Positions 1-13,566 of a stretch of DNA of 64,000 nucleotides are shown in pieces. Below the pieces are notes generated by a model that saw only the letters and a list, made by a program, of their open reading frames with translations, was not told where the DNA came from and made no database searches. This DNA is from Vicugna vicugna (taxonomy: Eukaryota), in assembly GCA_013265495.1 (NCBI GenBank), contig MU058449.1, forward strand, positions 606,176-670,175, given 5' to 3'. A program made the position numbers and the translations under genes. Position 1 is the stretch's first letter; every line of letters begins with the position of its first letter.

Positions 1-208
1 TGCCGAATAATAAACACAGTAAAGTTTAGCTATAATCAATGATCATCTATTATCTATAAACTTTGAAACGTTTGGTTCACTGTGAAAATTCTCTCTCAAA
101 ATATCGATAGGCCATGAAATTCATTTACATACTGATAATTGTAACTGCCTACCGGTTTATTACTTATACATTTTGATCAAATTCTATATTACCTAAATAT
201 CTCTGTAC

Positions 209-250
209 ATCAGTGAACACTAAATATCAGTGGACACTAAATATCAGTGG
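209..250. repeat. 17-bp tandem repeat, ~2.5 copies
   Basis: Unit atcagtg(a/g)acactaaat at 209-225 and 226-242, partial copy at 243-250. Confidence 0.85.
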
Positions 251-1093
251 CTTGCTAGTGGTAGTTGTTGTAGTGCTCAAGGTGGTGGTCTGTGCTCAGT
301 GACTCAGCATGTAAACATGAATGTTTACTGTAAAAGATTTATTGGAAGAAGATCCTAGATAAATCAGAGATGAAAAAATGATATACTGGTAGGAGTCATG
401 GGTAGTGAAAATCAGTAAGAGGATGAAAAGGGTACGGAACACTGATTCCAAAGAATTAAGACCACAAAAGAAAGACTACACTGACTATCTGAAGAGCTTC
501 ATCTAAAGACCAAGACAGCTCTACCAGAATTCAAAGACAAGGATGGCAAAGGAGGCTCTTGATTCCTTAAAAGGAGTACTATCATGAACTCTGAGGCACT
601 CAGGAAAGGATTTTCACTTCTAAGTAATTTATTGATTAATAATTTTGCTGAATGCCTACTAAGTACTAGATGTGTTATAATAGTCAGAGGGTCAAAAGGA
701 GCAACCTTTTTCCTTCCAAGACCCTTAGCAAAGAACACATGGAAAACAAGATCAGAAAGAGGAATGAAATGTGTGCCTGGGGTAGAAGAGAGACATGCTT
801 TACAGATGGGTCAGTATGTTCAGCTTGTATCCTCAGCTGGACTCGGGTTAACGTTGTCTCTGTCAATTCTAGTGACATACAGTGCAGACCAAGCCTAAAC
901 TTTCCTCACAGCAAAAAGACAGAAGCTTTGTGGCTTAAGAAGAGTGTGGAGGGATGGAGGTGGAGGAAAAGAGGGCAGTGAGAGTCTTTCTCTTCTACCT
1001 GCTATAGAAGTATCTCTCATTCAATGTTCTCTTCCACCCAGGCAGCCAGGTAGAAGGTCTATTCTCTAAAGGACTGGCCTGAGCAATCTATGC

Positions 1094-1788
1094 TTTTTTT
1101 AAATTGAAGTATATTTGATTTACAGTGTGTGTTAATTTAGGTATCTAGGATAGGATAGATGTATAGAAGAGTGATTAAGTTATACAATATATCCTTTTCC
1201 ATTACAGGCCATTACAAGATGCTGAATATAGTTCCCTGTTCTATACAATAGACCTTGTTGTTTATCTATTTTATATTTAGTAGTTAATATCTGCAAATCC
1301 CAAACTCTTAATTTATACCTTTCCTTCCTTTCTCCTTTGGTAACTTTAAGTTTGTTTTATATGTCTATGAGTTTATTTCTTTTTCATAAATAAGTTCATG
1401 TCTTTTTTTTAGATTACACAGAAAGTGATATCATATCATATTAGTCTCTCTCTGTCTGACTTATTTCACTTAGTATGATGATCTCTAGGCTCATCTATGT
1501 TGCTGCAAATAGTGTTTCATTCTTTTTTATGGCTGAGTAGTATTCCACTCTGTATATATACCACAGCTTCTTTACCCAATCATCTGTCGATGGACATTTA
1601 AGTTGCTTCCATATCTTGGCTATTGTAAATAGTGCTGCTATGAACACTGGAGTGCATGCATCTTTTCAAATTAGCATTCTTTCCAGATACATGCCCAGAA
1701 GTGGGATTTCTGGCTCATATGGTAAGTCTATTTTTAGTTTTTTAAGGAATATCCATACTGTTTTCCATAGTGTCTGCACCAAGTTACT
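1094..1788 (-). mobile_element. 5'-truncated L1 (3' UTR and end of ORF2)
   Basis: T-tract followed by typical antisense L1 3' sequence (ttgaagtatatttgatttac...ggctattgtaaatagtgctgctatgaacactgg). Degenerate TSD caatctatgctttt (1084-1097) / caacctatactttt (1789-1802). Confidence 0.85.
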
Positions 1789-2204
1789 CAACCTATACTT
1801 TTAAAGTGTCTTAGCTTCAGGCTGAAGCCGAGTTCTGGCTCCTTGGATTTGTCCTCTGTAGGAGCCATGGGCTAGTCTCTCACTTGAAGAAGGCATATAT
1901 TTGCTATTTGCCTTGAGCTGGGACTTAGAAGGGAAGGGTAAAATTTTAAGGGGCTTTTGTTGCTTCTCTAATTAGCCTTTGGTAAAATAACATACTCTCC
2001 ACTTAACTCTCACAGCCGCAGTTAGAAGTGTTATTTCTATTTTAATTTAAAAAAAGAAAGAAATGAAAAAAAATTTTCTTGCTGAGATTTCGGTGATTCT
2101 AGGCTTTTTATAGATACATAGAAATCACAAGCAGTAGCTTTATATGATGTCATAGGTAGACAGTGGAAGGGATAATGGGCAGACATTTTAAATGATTTTA
2201 GTCC

Positions 2205-2430
2205 TTTAATAATAAAAGCATGTACTATTTATTTAGTGCTTATTTATGTCACAGGCTTTGTTTTTAGCCCCTTTACATATTCTGCCTCATTAAATGATCG
2301 TGAAAACTTTATGAGGAAAGTACTGTTTATTATTGCCACTGCATGCATGAGTTAAAAAATAGGGTCAGATAAGTTAACTAACTTGACCCAAATTCCAGAA
2401 CTGAAAGTGAAATTGAGGTGCTCTGATCAT
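2205..2430 (-). mobile_element. MIR SINE remnant
   Basis: Resembles recalled MIR antisense consensus (tatttatttagtgcttattt...actttatgagg...gttaactaacttgaccc). Confidence 0.6.
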
Positions 2431-3129
2431 TGTATTTAAAAGTTCTATTTGTTTGTAAAGAAGAGGATTCACTTTTCAAATTCAAATTGCAGAACAAACA
2501 GCAAATTGGCTTCAACAGATCTGACCTCCTTCACTCCCACCGCTCAATATTGATCTCTAAATATTTTCTAAAAATGGCCCACACTACCATCCCCTCTATT
2601 CTGTGACAGCATCCTACAAAGATCACTGCCCAGGTCTCAGGTTGTTCTCCAACTCACCCAGATCTCAGTCTAGGAGATGAGAGCCCTTTCTGATGCTGAA
2701 AGCTACAGCAGTAGAGCCAGACATTAAAAACCAGAAGCAGCTAGTCCAGAATTCCCTCCGGTGTGATCCTCTGGAGACAAGAGCATCAGTCTTGCTGGAG
2801 ATGCTCCCAGGGCCAAAGACCATATAGATTCAGGCTTTGGGGCATATTGATTTTCTTTGTCTTGATCTCAAAGTTACCGTTGTTTTCCCTAATGCAAATC
2901 TGAATCAATCTCAGTCCTACATGAATGGTACTTCACTAGCTATATCAAAATACAAATACACTTTACTGTCTAATCTTTGTAATTCTCTCTTTTAAAAAAA
3001 GGAAAGAAGGAAGAAAGGAATAAGAAAAATGTTAAAGTAAAGCTCACTCTTATTTCCATATATTGTCTCATTCTTTCCTCTGCTTCACAGTAAACACTGT
3101 GGTCTGTGGTCCCTGTTCCCACTTTTTCC

Positions 3130-3620
3130 TGTTCTGTCCTCAGTTCACTTCAGTCCCACTCCACTGAAGCTATCTTCGCAGATGTCACCCATGGCCTGCT
3201 TATTGCTAAACCCAGTTTAATAATTGCTAAACATTCCTCATTTTACTCTCCATTGCAGAAAAATTCAATACAGTAGAAAATAGCCTCCACATTGAGTTAC
3301 GTTCTTATCTGTGTGGTTTTTTGTTTGTGTGTGTGTGTATGACACCATGATTTCCTCTGGCTTTGATTTCCACTCTTCAGTACCCTTGACAGTATATCTC
3401 CTTCCTACATCACTAAATGCTGGTGTCCCTCTTATTTGATCTTTTGCCCTATATTTTAATCTAGTTCCACTCTCCCACTGAGTGCTATTATCAAATCCCA
3501 TTGTGTTAAATATCGTCTATACACTGATAACCTCCAAAAGTATATCTTCAGGCCTGAATTCTGCCTTGACCTCCATATCAACTTCCTACTTGATAATTTC
3601 GCTTGGACTGAATGTTAAGT
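3130..3620 (+). mobile_element. L2 LINE remnant
   Basis: ctccactgaagct...gtcacccatggcct...attgctaaaccc and tatacactgataacctccaaa resemble recalled L2 consensus. Confidence 0.6.
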
Positions 3621-6469
3621 CAATAAGAAGTTTAATGGCTTTAAGATCAAACAGCTGAAAAATTAAAACTGATTTCAAGCAAATTGTATCAGATTTCATA
3701 CTCTACTCTTTCTGCTGAATTTTGTTCATCTTGGATCCGGAGAGGCAGACCCTTCATACGGTAGAGCTCCAGCTAATAGAAACTTCTGTTTGTTAGAATA
3801 ATCTGGGAGTCTGCTGGGTGAGGTTATGCTAAAGGAGCGTCAGGTTCTATAGATATGAATGGGGCAAGTCCTGATGTCTTCAGGGGAGTCCTAGTCACCT
3901 GTCAAGCACTCAGATCAAACGTTTTGTGTATGTCTATTTTTGTCTCTAACAGCACTTCAGAGAGATGGGGGCGGAGGGGGGGTTCCGTTAAACACTCTCA
4001 CAGATTAGAAACTTGTTGAGGGTAAAGATTTTGTCTTTTAACTTATTACCTTTAACGGCCAGGGGTACTTAAAGTTAACTTCAATAAAATAAAAATAAAA
4101 GCTTATCTATAGAAATATATATATGTGCACATATATCTCATGTAAAACTAAAACTATACAGAAAGTCATACGTTTCTAGATACAGTCACACACTCATATT
4201 AGAAAATATATGGAAAAACTTATTATAAAACATTAGCCCTTAACATTTATGGTATAGTTGGTCTCCTGTAGGTCGTAATATACACTTGGAAAGAAAATGG
4301 GTTTAGAAATTAAAAATAAATAGATAAACTTCTGCCATACATTCTCTATTATGCCTGGAAAAAAAATAAGAATTATCTATATTTGACTTTTGTTTTCTGC
4401 TGTTAAATTGTAAATATGCCTATGAAGGAAAAGACATAGGATCAAAAGGGGCATGAAGAGGTCTGTGGACATTTTGAGGACTGACCACACAAAGGCACAC
4501 ACTGATGGACACCAATTATTTCTGTAATTTTAAGAATTACCTTGTTGATGAAGAAAATATCATTACAGAAAAATACATTAAAACAAATTAAAGAAATCAT
4601 ACTTTATATATTGGAATGAGAACCCAGGGAACCAAAGAAGTCCCCAAAATTCAAAGACCTCTGTCTTCTGGGTTCCTGATGGAGAGTCCAGGCAATACTT
4701 CTCCCCATCCGAAACAGCAGTAGACTTTAACCCTATTCCAATGCAAATCACAACACTATGTTAGCACTGAGATTGAAACTGGCTTTGGAGTCAGAAGACC
4801 TAGGCCAAAACTGGGCTGCAATCCTAAGACTTGTTTAGTGATATAACATAAGGTGAAAAAAAAAAAATATATATAGTGTTTGTGTGTGTGTGGTTTGGGA
4901 AAAGAAGCAGATCCTTTTGTCTTCAGTCTTGGCTGAGAGAATGCAAATAAATTCAAAATGAAGGAATATTTGAAATAAGTGTTGGTGGAAGAAAGGACAA
5001 TTTGACAGATGAAGGAGTTTGGAATTCTTAGGGAAACTGGGATGAGATAGCCCAGGTGGCACCACACAACACACCTCAGGGGATTTCTTCAGGGGAATTG
5101 TGAGATTATGTGGAATCACTATGGCTCAGACACCACCTGAGAGTTTGAGAAGTCTTCATAAGTGCTCTGTTTTTCTAGTCTCAGGAAGGAAAGGAGCCAA
5201 ATCAATTCCAAACTGGAGCACAGAGGTTGATATAGGTAATAAATTAATCTTAAAATCTTTTTACATGCCCTCCATGTAGCAAGCTCTGTGTAGGGTTATT
5301 TATGTACTGTATTTCATTAAATCCTCATAAAACTTCTAGTGAGAGAAATGATACAGGCAGATGAGAAGAGTCTATAGAGTGTCATGGGGTGGTGGGGAGG
5401 TACAGAAAAGATGGAAAAAAGTAAAATGGAGGTGTTGGTATTAGAGTATAAGAAGGCATATACTGCAGGGAAGGGTCTATTACATAGAAAAATTGACATA
5501 AAGATTGGATGGAAGAGTAAATGAGGACCAAATTGGAGGCTAGAGGAGGGAGGGGACTGAAAATTCAGGGAGAATGGAAGAGAGATGGAGAATAGAGAGA
5601 GGAATGAGATTTCACAAAAAAAAAAAAAAGGAGAGGGTGGGTAAAAGATATTCGGATAAAGAAAAACAGAGTCAAAAGCAGGAAAAAGAAATGGAAAAAT
5701 ATAAGAATCAACTATTTCCATAGAACAACAGTGCTTCAGCAGGCCCTGGGAACTTAATCAAAGACTATCAGAGATTTTGAAAGTCTTTCCAAGGAAAACA
5801 TCCGGTGGGGATGAGCCAACTGATTCTCCCCAAGTGAAAGCTATTGAGAAGAGGGACCAGCAGGACCAACCAGCTGAAGGGCTCTCACTTACCGTGTAAA
5901 GTATGAAAAAGCCCCTTCCTCAAAGTACTCCAGAGAGTTAGACCAGCAGCACAAAGTACTTTGTTTAGATCTGTGCATCATGATTTATTTAGAAAGACAT
6001 CTGGATTCTGTTTGCAATAAACAACACAACCTTTGTGAGTGGACTACACAATCTTTCAGATTCCTCTGTGTCTAACAGATCAGAATCTGCAAAATAATTT
6101 CTTTGTAGTGTTGTCTCCCAAACAGCAAATTCTCCTCTCACAGCAGAGAAACAGGAGGCAGAATGAGTCCTGGAAGCCCACCTGCTCTTGTGCACCTGAC
6201 AGCACCCCACCCCCTCATCCCCTACACTGCATGGACTCAGGCGCCCAGAACTGCTCTTGAGGTGCCTCTTTTTCCTTTCTTACAACAGGTACCTAGGTGA
6301 GAACAAAGACACCATAATACCTTTCAAGGATCCCTCGTTTAGATGTTTTTTTTTTCTATGCCCTGTTAGAAAAAGAGATTTTCATCTAGGTTAACGATTT
6401 TCAAGCCACATGCAGAAAATCAAGGAGGAGCTTGAGGATTTGTAGAACTTCTAGAAAGAAGCAAGTCAT

Positions 6470-7290
6470 CCAAATTCATTTATTCTTTGTTTCATTCCTT
6501 CATTCAATGCATATAGAAAAGCTTGTATATGCATGGTTTATGGTCTACTAAGTGATGAACAGAAAATATTCCTTTCTTTCAGGGAGTTCAATTCTAGTAG
6601 GAGACAGAGAATTAAACACATGTGCAATGTTTAATAAAGTGTACTTACTTATAAGAAGGAAAAGCCTAGAATATGAAAAATGCATACTAACAAGTCAAAC
6701 TATTATGGGCAATTGGAAAAGACTTACTTGGGAAGGATAGATAGGCTTTCATTAGGCAAAGAGGAACTTGAGAGCAGGTGGAGAAAGGCATAAGGAACAG
6801 GGAAGAACACACGTGGAAATCACTTATCAGTAAGTATCTTACTGAGATCCAGGAACTTAAACACTGCAAATTTGGCTGGATTGAAGAGACCAAAGGGGAA
6901 AGAAGTGTTATGAGTTGGTGCTAGAGAGGTAGACAGGGAATGAATTGTGCTATACTTTGAAGGCTGATATAAGGATTTAGGACTCTGTTCTGGGTATAAC
7001 AGAATCTCTTAAAGGAGCTTTTGGTTGTGATGAATAAATCATATTCCAGACTTCCAAAGTTTATTCTGACTGCAGAATGAAGAATTGTTGCAAAGGAGCA
7101 TTTGTGAATGGAGGACAATCAGTTAGGGTGCCTGGAAGAAATGGGTTATTGCTATTTATTGGCTATACAAAGGGAAGAAAGGTGATAATAATTTCATAAG
7201 TTTTGGAATCAGATTTGAAATTGGTTAAGTGTTGGTTTGATGAAAGAAGAGCTTTTAAGAATAGTCCCAAGTTTTGGGGGTGTTAGGAGA
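6470..7290 (-). mobile_element. L2 LINE remnant (3' end)
   Basis: (ttca)n-like L2 tail followed by gggagttcaattctagtaggagacag and other L2 antisense motifs. Confidence 0.6.
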
Positions 7291-8042
7291 CTCTCAAAAT
7301 AAAACTCCTATGAGTGGCTACTCTGATAGCTTACGTATCTGAGTCAATAACCTTTAATATTTGTCCCTTGCTGCTTTAAAATGAGGTTATGGAAAATTAT
7401 AAATTATCAAAATTTGTGAAGATTAAATATTAATTTAAACAGTTTTATCCACTAAGGTGTCTATTTACAAATGTAGGTCATTATAAATACAGTGAGATAG
7501 ATACCTAGGCATGTGGAAGAATATACACATATATGTGTATTGAGAATATACATATATATATATACATATACACACATACACATGGATTTATGTGGATGTG
7601 AATTTGTGATGGAAATGACATTGTGTTTGGTGTGTGTGTGTGGTAATAGTATTGTGAATTCAGTGTTGTTTGATTATTTAAAATGCTCTATGCTATTAAG
7701 TCCTTGCACGTTGCTCCTTCTTTCTGCCAAACCTCACCTACTGTTAAAGGAGGAGATAATCAAATTTTCTACTATCTAAACACGAGGTATTTAGTCTTAC
7801 TTCCAGTTTTCAGATAAACAAATTAAATTCAAGGGAAAGGACACCATCTAGCGTGATGGTCTAAGAAGCAAAAAGAGTGTTGCAAAAACTTCTCAGACAC
7901 TGATTTTAATGGAGTTCTCCCCTCTGCTATTCCACTTATATATTCATAAAACCATTTACCTATCTTATATGAAAACATATTTTCAGTTTAGGAGCTGTGA
8001 GCTAAGTGGAAGAGTCCAGCCTCACCCGATGGTGAGAGCACC

Positions 8043-8942
8043 ATGATGAACTCTAATGCATCACATGCCAACCACCACAGTTTCGTTTTGACAGGTATTC
8101 CAGGGATGCCAGACAAAAACCCGTGGATGGCCTTCCCCCTGGGATTTCTCTACACCCTAACTCTCCTGGGAAATGGTACCATCCTAGCTGTCATCAAGGT
8201 AGATCAGAGTCTCCATGAGCCTATGTACTACTTCCTCTCTATCTTGGCTCTGACTGATGTTAGTCTCTCCATGTCCACCTTGCCCTCCATGCTCAGCATC
8301 TTCTGGTTTAATGCCCCTGAGATTCCCTTTGATGTATGCATCACTCAGATGTTCTTCATCCATGGTTTTGGAGTGGTAGAATCGGGAGTCTTAGTGTCCA
8401 TGGCCTTCGACAGATTTGTGGCCATCCGAGACCCACTGCGCTATGCTTCCACCCTCAGTCATGGCGTCATCGGCAAGATTGGAGTAGCTGTTCTCACCCG
8501 AGCAGTTTGTCTTGTCTCATTCATACTGTCTCCACCAAGATGCAGTGCGGCTAGCCTGTGCCAGCACCCGCATCAACAGCCTCTATGGCCTCATCATCGT
8601 CATCTTCACGTTGGGGCTTGATGCCCTGGTCATTCTCTTCTCTTACTTGCTCATCCTGAAGATTGTGCTGGGCATTGCTTCCAGAGCCTTCCAGAAAGGC
8701 TCAAAGCCCTCAACACCTGCCTCTCTCACATCTGTGCTGTGCTCCTCTTCTATGTTCCTCTCATTGGTGTCACCATGATCCACAGATTTGGGAAGCATCT
8801 GTCACCAGTAGTGCACACACTCATGGCCAATATCTATCTGTTACTGCCCCCTGTGCTAAACCCCATTGTCTATAGTGTGAAGACCAAACAGATACGGAGG
8901 CGGGTCATCCATGTGTTCCAGAGAAGAAAGAACAGAGCCTAG
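8043..8942 (+). pseudogene. OR51H1: Olfactory receptor OR51H1-like pseudogene (two frameshifts)
   Basis: [37 protein letters not shown] and [16 protein letters not shown] are split over three ORF segments. About 56 nt are missing at 8510/8511 (VVFPVPFLIKRLPF segment absent), there is a 5-nt insertion near 8688, and a premature TGA at 8619-8621. The N-terminus (DKNPW.AFPLGFLYTLTLLGNGTILAVIKV) matches recalled human OR51H1. Confidence 0.88.
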
Positions 8943-10019
8943 GGGAATGGACTCAAATGTAAGGTGCAAATAAAGTAGCATTTTCAGTAGTTATGATGCA
9001 GTCAAATTATACACATCTGGTAAGTTGTAAAGTGGACAAGGCTTGTGGGTGAAGATAAAACACAGGTCATTCTTGTTCTGTATATACTCCATTTTAGAAT
9101 GTATACATTTTGATATATGGTATCAAAACAAACTATAATTTAATTAACATAATTTTCTTCTTGGAAACTGGAGATGAGCATCAATGGTCACGTAAATTAT
9201 CACCTTTTTATCCAGATACCATTTATGAGTTTTTATTCATCTAATGCTAAAAAATATTATTTCTTTAATTATCAATTAAATAATATTTACATCAGGAACA
9301 ATTTAAGAAGCTCAGTAGTACTGCTGAAAGATGAGTCGCTGAGGCTTTTTTTTTTTCTTAAAATAGAGCAAAGAAAGCTATTACATTATTAATAATGTTT
9401 TTTGGGTAAAGAGTGCCTTTGATAAAATTGACACAAACAGATCTGTGGTTACTTAATATATATCTTTTCTTTTAAGCGTTATCACTTCTTTATTCTTACA
9501 ATGTTTCTAGTTTCCTGCCACATACTTAGTAAAATAATAGGTGTCATGCCTTTACTCTTTTAACCTACCTAGCATGAGTGAAGTCTATTTTGCTTGTTAT
9601 ACAAGAGGACCTAGCAAAACTTTAACAAGTAAAATTACTGCTGGGCCTTGTATGAAGACAAGTAGAAACTTTCAGCGGTGGGAAGATGTTTAAGAAAGCA
9701 GCGTACACATGTGTGGGAATAAGTATGTCAAATGCGACGTGTCTCTGCACTGATGCTCATACCTGCTTTAAGTATTTTGTTAATCATTACACAACCAAGT
9801 TGCTAGGGATATTACTCATTCAGTAAATATACATTTAACACTAATGAAATGCCAGCCATGTTGCTAGACCCTGAAGACACAGAAAAATGCACCAATTTTC
9901 TGCTCAATCCCGGGCATATTTCTCTGTAAGGGAATATGTACACAATTACAAGTCAAGTAGGTATTTAATTACAGTATCACATTTAATTTGCTCATACGAA
10001 TAGTGCTGGTTGTCCTCAG

Positions 10020-10190
10020 ATAGTCTCTCAATTAATTCTCCCAACAATCTTTGAGAATAGGTGTTTTCACATTTTACACATGAGGAAATGAGATTGAGAG
10101 CAGTAAGCAACTTACTCAAAGTCATACAGTTTCTAAGTGGAAGAAATAGATTCAGATGTAGCTCTGTTGATTCTGAAGCCTGTGAATTGA
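10020..10190 (-). mobile_element. MIR SINE remnant
   Basis: cattttacacatgaggaaatgagattgagagcagtaagcaacttactcaaagtcatacag is the MIR core. Confidence 0.7.
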
Positions 10191-12169
10191 GCCTAGAGTC
10201 GTGGCTCAGGGTGTCCTAGGCTTGCAAGCAAATTCCAGAAAGAAGGAAGGAACCACAGTGATTCTAAGGCACGGAGGTATGAGACAGAAACTAGGACTCA
10301 ATATTGCAGAAACCGTAAGGAAGAAGTTCATCTTGCCAAGATGAAACAAGATGGAGAGGCAGATTTAGACTTAAATTGCAAGACTGATAATGGAGTTTTC
10401 ATTTTCAATGTTATAAAATTACTTGAAAATTGGTGGCTTGTGCAATACAGATATCAGCCGAGTCCTCTCTCTATATAGCTATAGATATAGATATCTAAAT
10501 GGAAAATGTGAATCCCAGACAGGACACATTATCATCAATTCGCCTACAAGGAAAAAATAATAGAGCTTTTATTTATATTTAAATTCATCTTATCCTTCCA
10601 AAATGTTATTTTTCTTAATGTGTTAGCATAGATGTAGTATATTAGTACAGTGGTCCCTGTATACAATTTTGAATGAATTAATATATTAAGGAGCATCCGC
10701 CTTTTTTCTTATACAGTTGCATAACCCAAAACTTGAAAACTACCACTCTAGACTAAAGATAAAAGCCAGCCCCCCATGGATTATATTTACAATGTTCAAA
10801 TACTGTGGTAACAGAGGCAATTAACAGAAAGTACCCATTGAATGACATTTTCTTTGATTCTGCAATGGGGCCATGTAGTGGCAAGATGAAAAGCCGAAAT
10901 TCTTTCCTAGGAATACCCGCATACTCCACGTTCTCACTGTGCACTCCCTTCTCCAGCTCCTGCAGTCTGAGTGTGTCTCCACTGCAGCATGAAAGTGATG
11001 TTTTCAATGGGTCAGATCTCTTTCAAAATAAGAAGTCAGTATTTCTCCCCAGCCCTCCTTCAACTTGATGTATTTGGATAAATTACACATATTTAAAGTC
11101 TCCTGCTTTTAATCTCTTTGCTGATTTCAGGGCACCCAACCACCATCTCCTCTTTCCACCTTCTCCTGTTTCCTCACCTGCCTTCCTTCACTTCTTCCTT
11201 TCACGCATGATGTGGATATTTCTCCAAGTTCTCCCCTTGTCCTTCTGTTGCCTCAGTAAATTTCTTTCTCCAAGTTGCCATTCATTCCAATGGCTTTAAA
11301 ATGGAGTCCATGTGGATCTCTGTCTCTCTTTCCCTCTGTCTCCTTCTCCCTTTCTCTCTCAAGATCGAATTCTTGATTTTTAACTGCCTTTGCAAAATCT
11401 CTAAATGGAGGTTTTGATATAGGACAAAATCCCACACAATCTTTGCTTTAATTCTTTTAAGATGTAGTTGGACATATTGTCTCCTGGGCTTACCATTTTC
11501 TTCCTTGTAAGGAAAGTACCCCCCATCCCATCTCACCCTCATAAATCTGATACAAACATGGATCTTACATTTGCAAGGGGACTAAAATAGAGCGGTCTTA
11601 CTTTTCGCCACAGTAATCACTTTCCATTTCTTTAAAGGTATGAACAGTCTCCATTTATATAACATTCAAAAACATACTGGCACCCATCCAGAAACTAAGT
11701 CTTTGATTCTGTCTTTGACTGGCCTCTGTCATCCACGTCCCTGGTAATCACTCTGGTTTGTCCCTGGGGATGCTTGCTCTTGGAACTGAGCCACTGTGCA
11801 TCTCTTGGTAGCAAAATATCGCCCATGGGGGTTGTGTTATTATGTTAATTAGTCCTATTGTTAGATTTGTTGTTACTATCCAAGAAGAGGACAAATTATG
11901 CAAATGTATTGTCATTTTCATATATAGGTCCCCCCTCAGTTTCTAAAATTGCAATTGTTAAGAAAAGACAATAAATATTGTATCTAGTTTCAGATTCTAA
12001 GCTATGTTTTCTTCTAAGCTGCTCATTCTCGAAATGAATTAAACTGCTATCCAGACCCTAGATTTAGTAATAGAGTTCAAACTCTCTCAAGGTTAATTTC
12101 AATCTGAGCAAAAAATAGCTCTGACACTAATGATGGCAAGTATATGTATATTAACATCACCTAGTTTTT

Positions 12170-12292
12170 CCTAATTTTTTTTTTTAGTGGAGATACTGGG
12201 GATTGAACCCAGGACCTCATGCATGCTAAGCATGCACTCTACCTCTATGGATATTCATTATCCATACCCCTTTTTTTCACTAATTTTTTTTT
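12170..12292 (-). mobile_element. tRNA-derived SINE (camelid Vic-1-like)
   Basis: Minus strand reads ggtagagtgcatgcttagcatgcatgaggtcctgggttcaatccccagtatctcc plus poly(A), with B-box GGTTCAATCCC. 13-bp TSD tcacctagttttt at 12157-12169 and 12293-12305. Confidence 0.8.
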
Positions 12293-13068
12293 TCACCTAG
12301 TTTTTAGAAAAAGTTTTCCTTCTTCCCTCAGCCCAGCAGCCCTGGTATGGAATGAGCCAAGAACAGGTGTTCTTATATGCCACTATATGGACTTTTTAAT
12401 GTGTGTATATACCTGTGTATATGAATAGAGTATGGGTGGGGTTATGTGGGTCTAGGAATATCTACCTCTATGAGGTTTCAAGAGTGTTTAAAAATACATT
12501 GGCTTTTATACAGTTGTATAAGCGAATGTGTCAGCATTCTGGTGGTAAAGTATGTATGCACACGTGTTTAGATGTGTGAATTCACATGTGTGAATCCATC
12601 CCACTGCTGTGTGGTGTGAATGTGTGTGTTTCTGTGGGGGTACACATCTATTTGGATGGATTTATATGGAAGCACATGCATGATTGAAAGTGGTTACACA
12701 TTCTTGTTTGTATCTCCATGTGTACATTTTTCAAATGATATGTGATACTTATCTATGAAAATATAGATAAGAAAATATATATAAATGGGATGACATTGCA
12801 TCCCAAAGCCTGTTGCAATCCACCTAATACAGGATTGCCTGTATTTCTTTCTACTTTTAAATTGTGATTACTCAAGAGCTATTTTCTAAAGCAATGCTTC
12901 TTTTCATTAGGACAGTGGACACTGCTGTTCAAAAAGTACAGAGTGTTTGGCACCAGGGTGACTACATAGAGCTTAAGCACAAATTCAAATAGAAAGAACG
13001 AGGAGATAAGCCTAGAAGTGTGCCTATCTGTACACAAAGTCCCACCTTCATTTCTTCATCTTCAACAC

Positions 13069-13566
13069 TGTATTAGTTTCCTGCCACTGCTATAACAAAT
13101 TACCACAAATTTAGTGGCTTAAAACAACATGAATTATTATCTTACCATTCTACAAGTCAGAAGTCTACAATGGGTTTCTCTAGGCTTAAATCAAGATTGT
13201 CAACAGGGCAGTGTTTCTGGAGGCTCCAGGGGAGAATTCATTTTCTTATTTTTCCAACTTCTAGAAGCTGGTCTTATTCTTTGCTTTGTGACCTCTTTCA
13301 ATGCTGACAACAGCAAGTCAAGTCATTCTTCCAGCACATCACTCTGACATTGATCTTCCGCCTCCCCCTTCTAGGGCTAAGGGACCCTTGTGATTACTCC
13401 AGCTCCACCCATGTAATCCAGGATAATCACTTTATCTTAAAGTCATTTTTATAGCAACTTAAATTCTGTAATCTTAATTCTCCTTTGCCACGTAACATCA
13501 TATTTTCACAGTTTCCAGGGATCAGGTCATGGAAATTTGTGGAAGTCCATTATTTTGTCTACCGCA
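13069..13566 (-). mobile_element. MLT1 (ERVL-MaLR) solo LTR
   Basis: Starts tgtattagtttcct...ctataacaaattaccacaaatttagtggcttaaaacaaca and ends tattttgtctaccgca, typical of MLT1. Confidence 0.85.

Noticed and set aside
209..250. Direct repeats as a possible CRISPR-like array
   Set aside because: Contiguous 17-bp tandem duplication without spacers in mammalian DNA.
5317..5721. 134-aa hydrophobic ORF on minus strand
   Set aside because: Translation of a GA-rich low-complexity tract (F/L/S/P-rich).
10753..11007. ORF containing AGIP, a possible OR relic
   Set aside because: No LHxPMY, MAxDR or PxxNP motif nearby in the frames I read.
12187..12245. tRNA-like B-box sequence
   Set aside because: A SINE head with poly(A) and TSD, not a tRNA gene.
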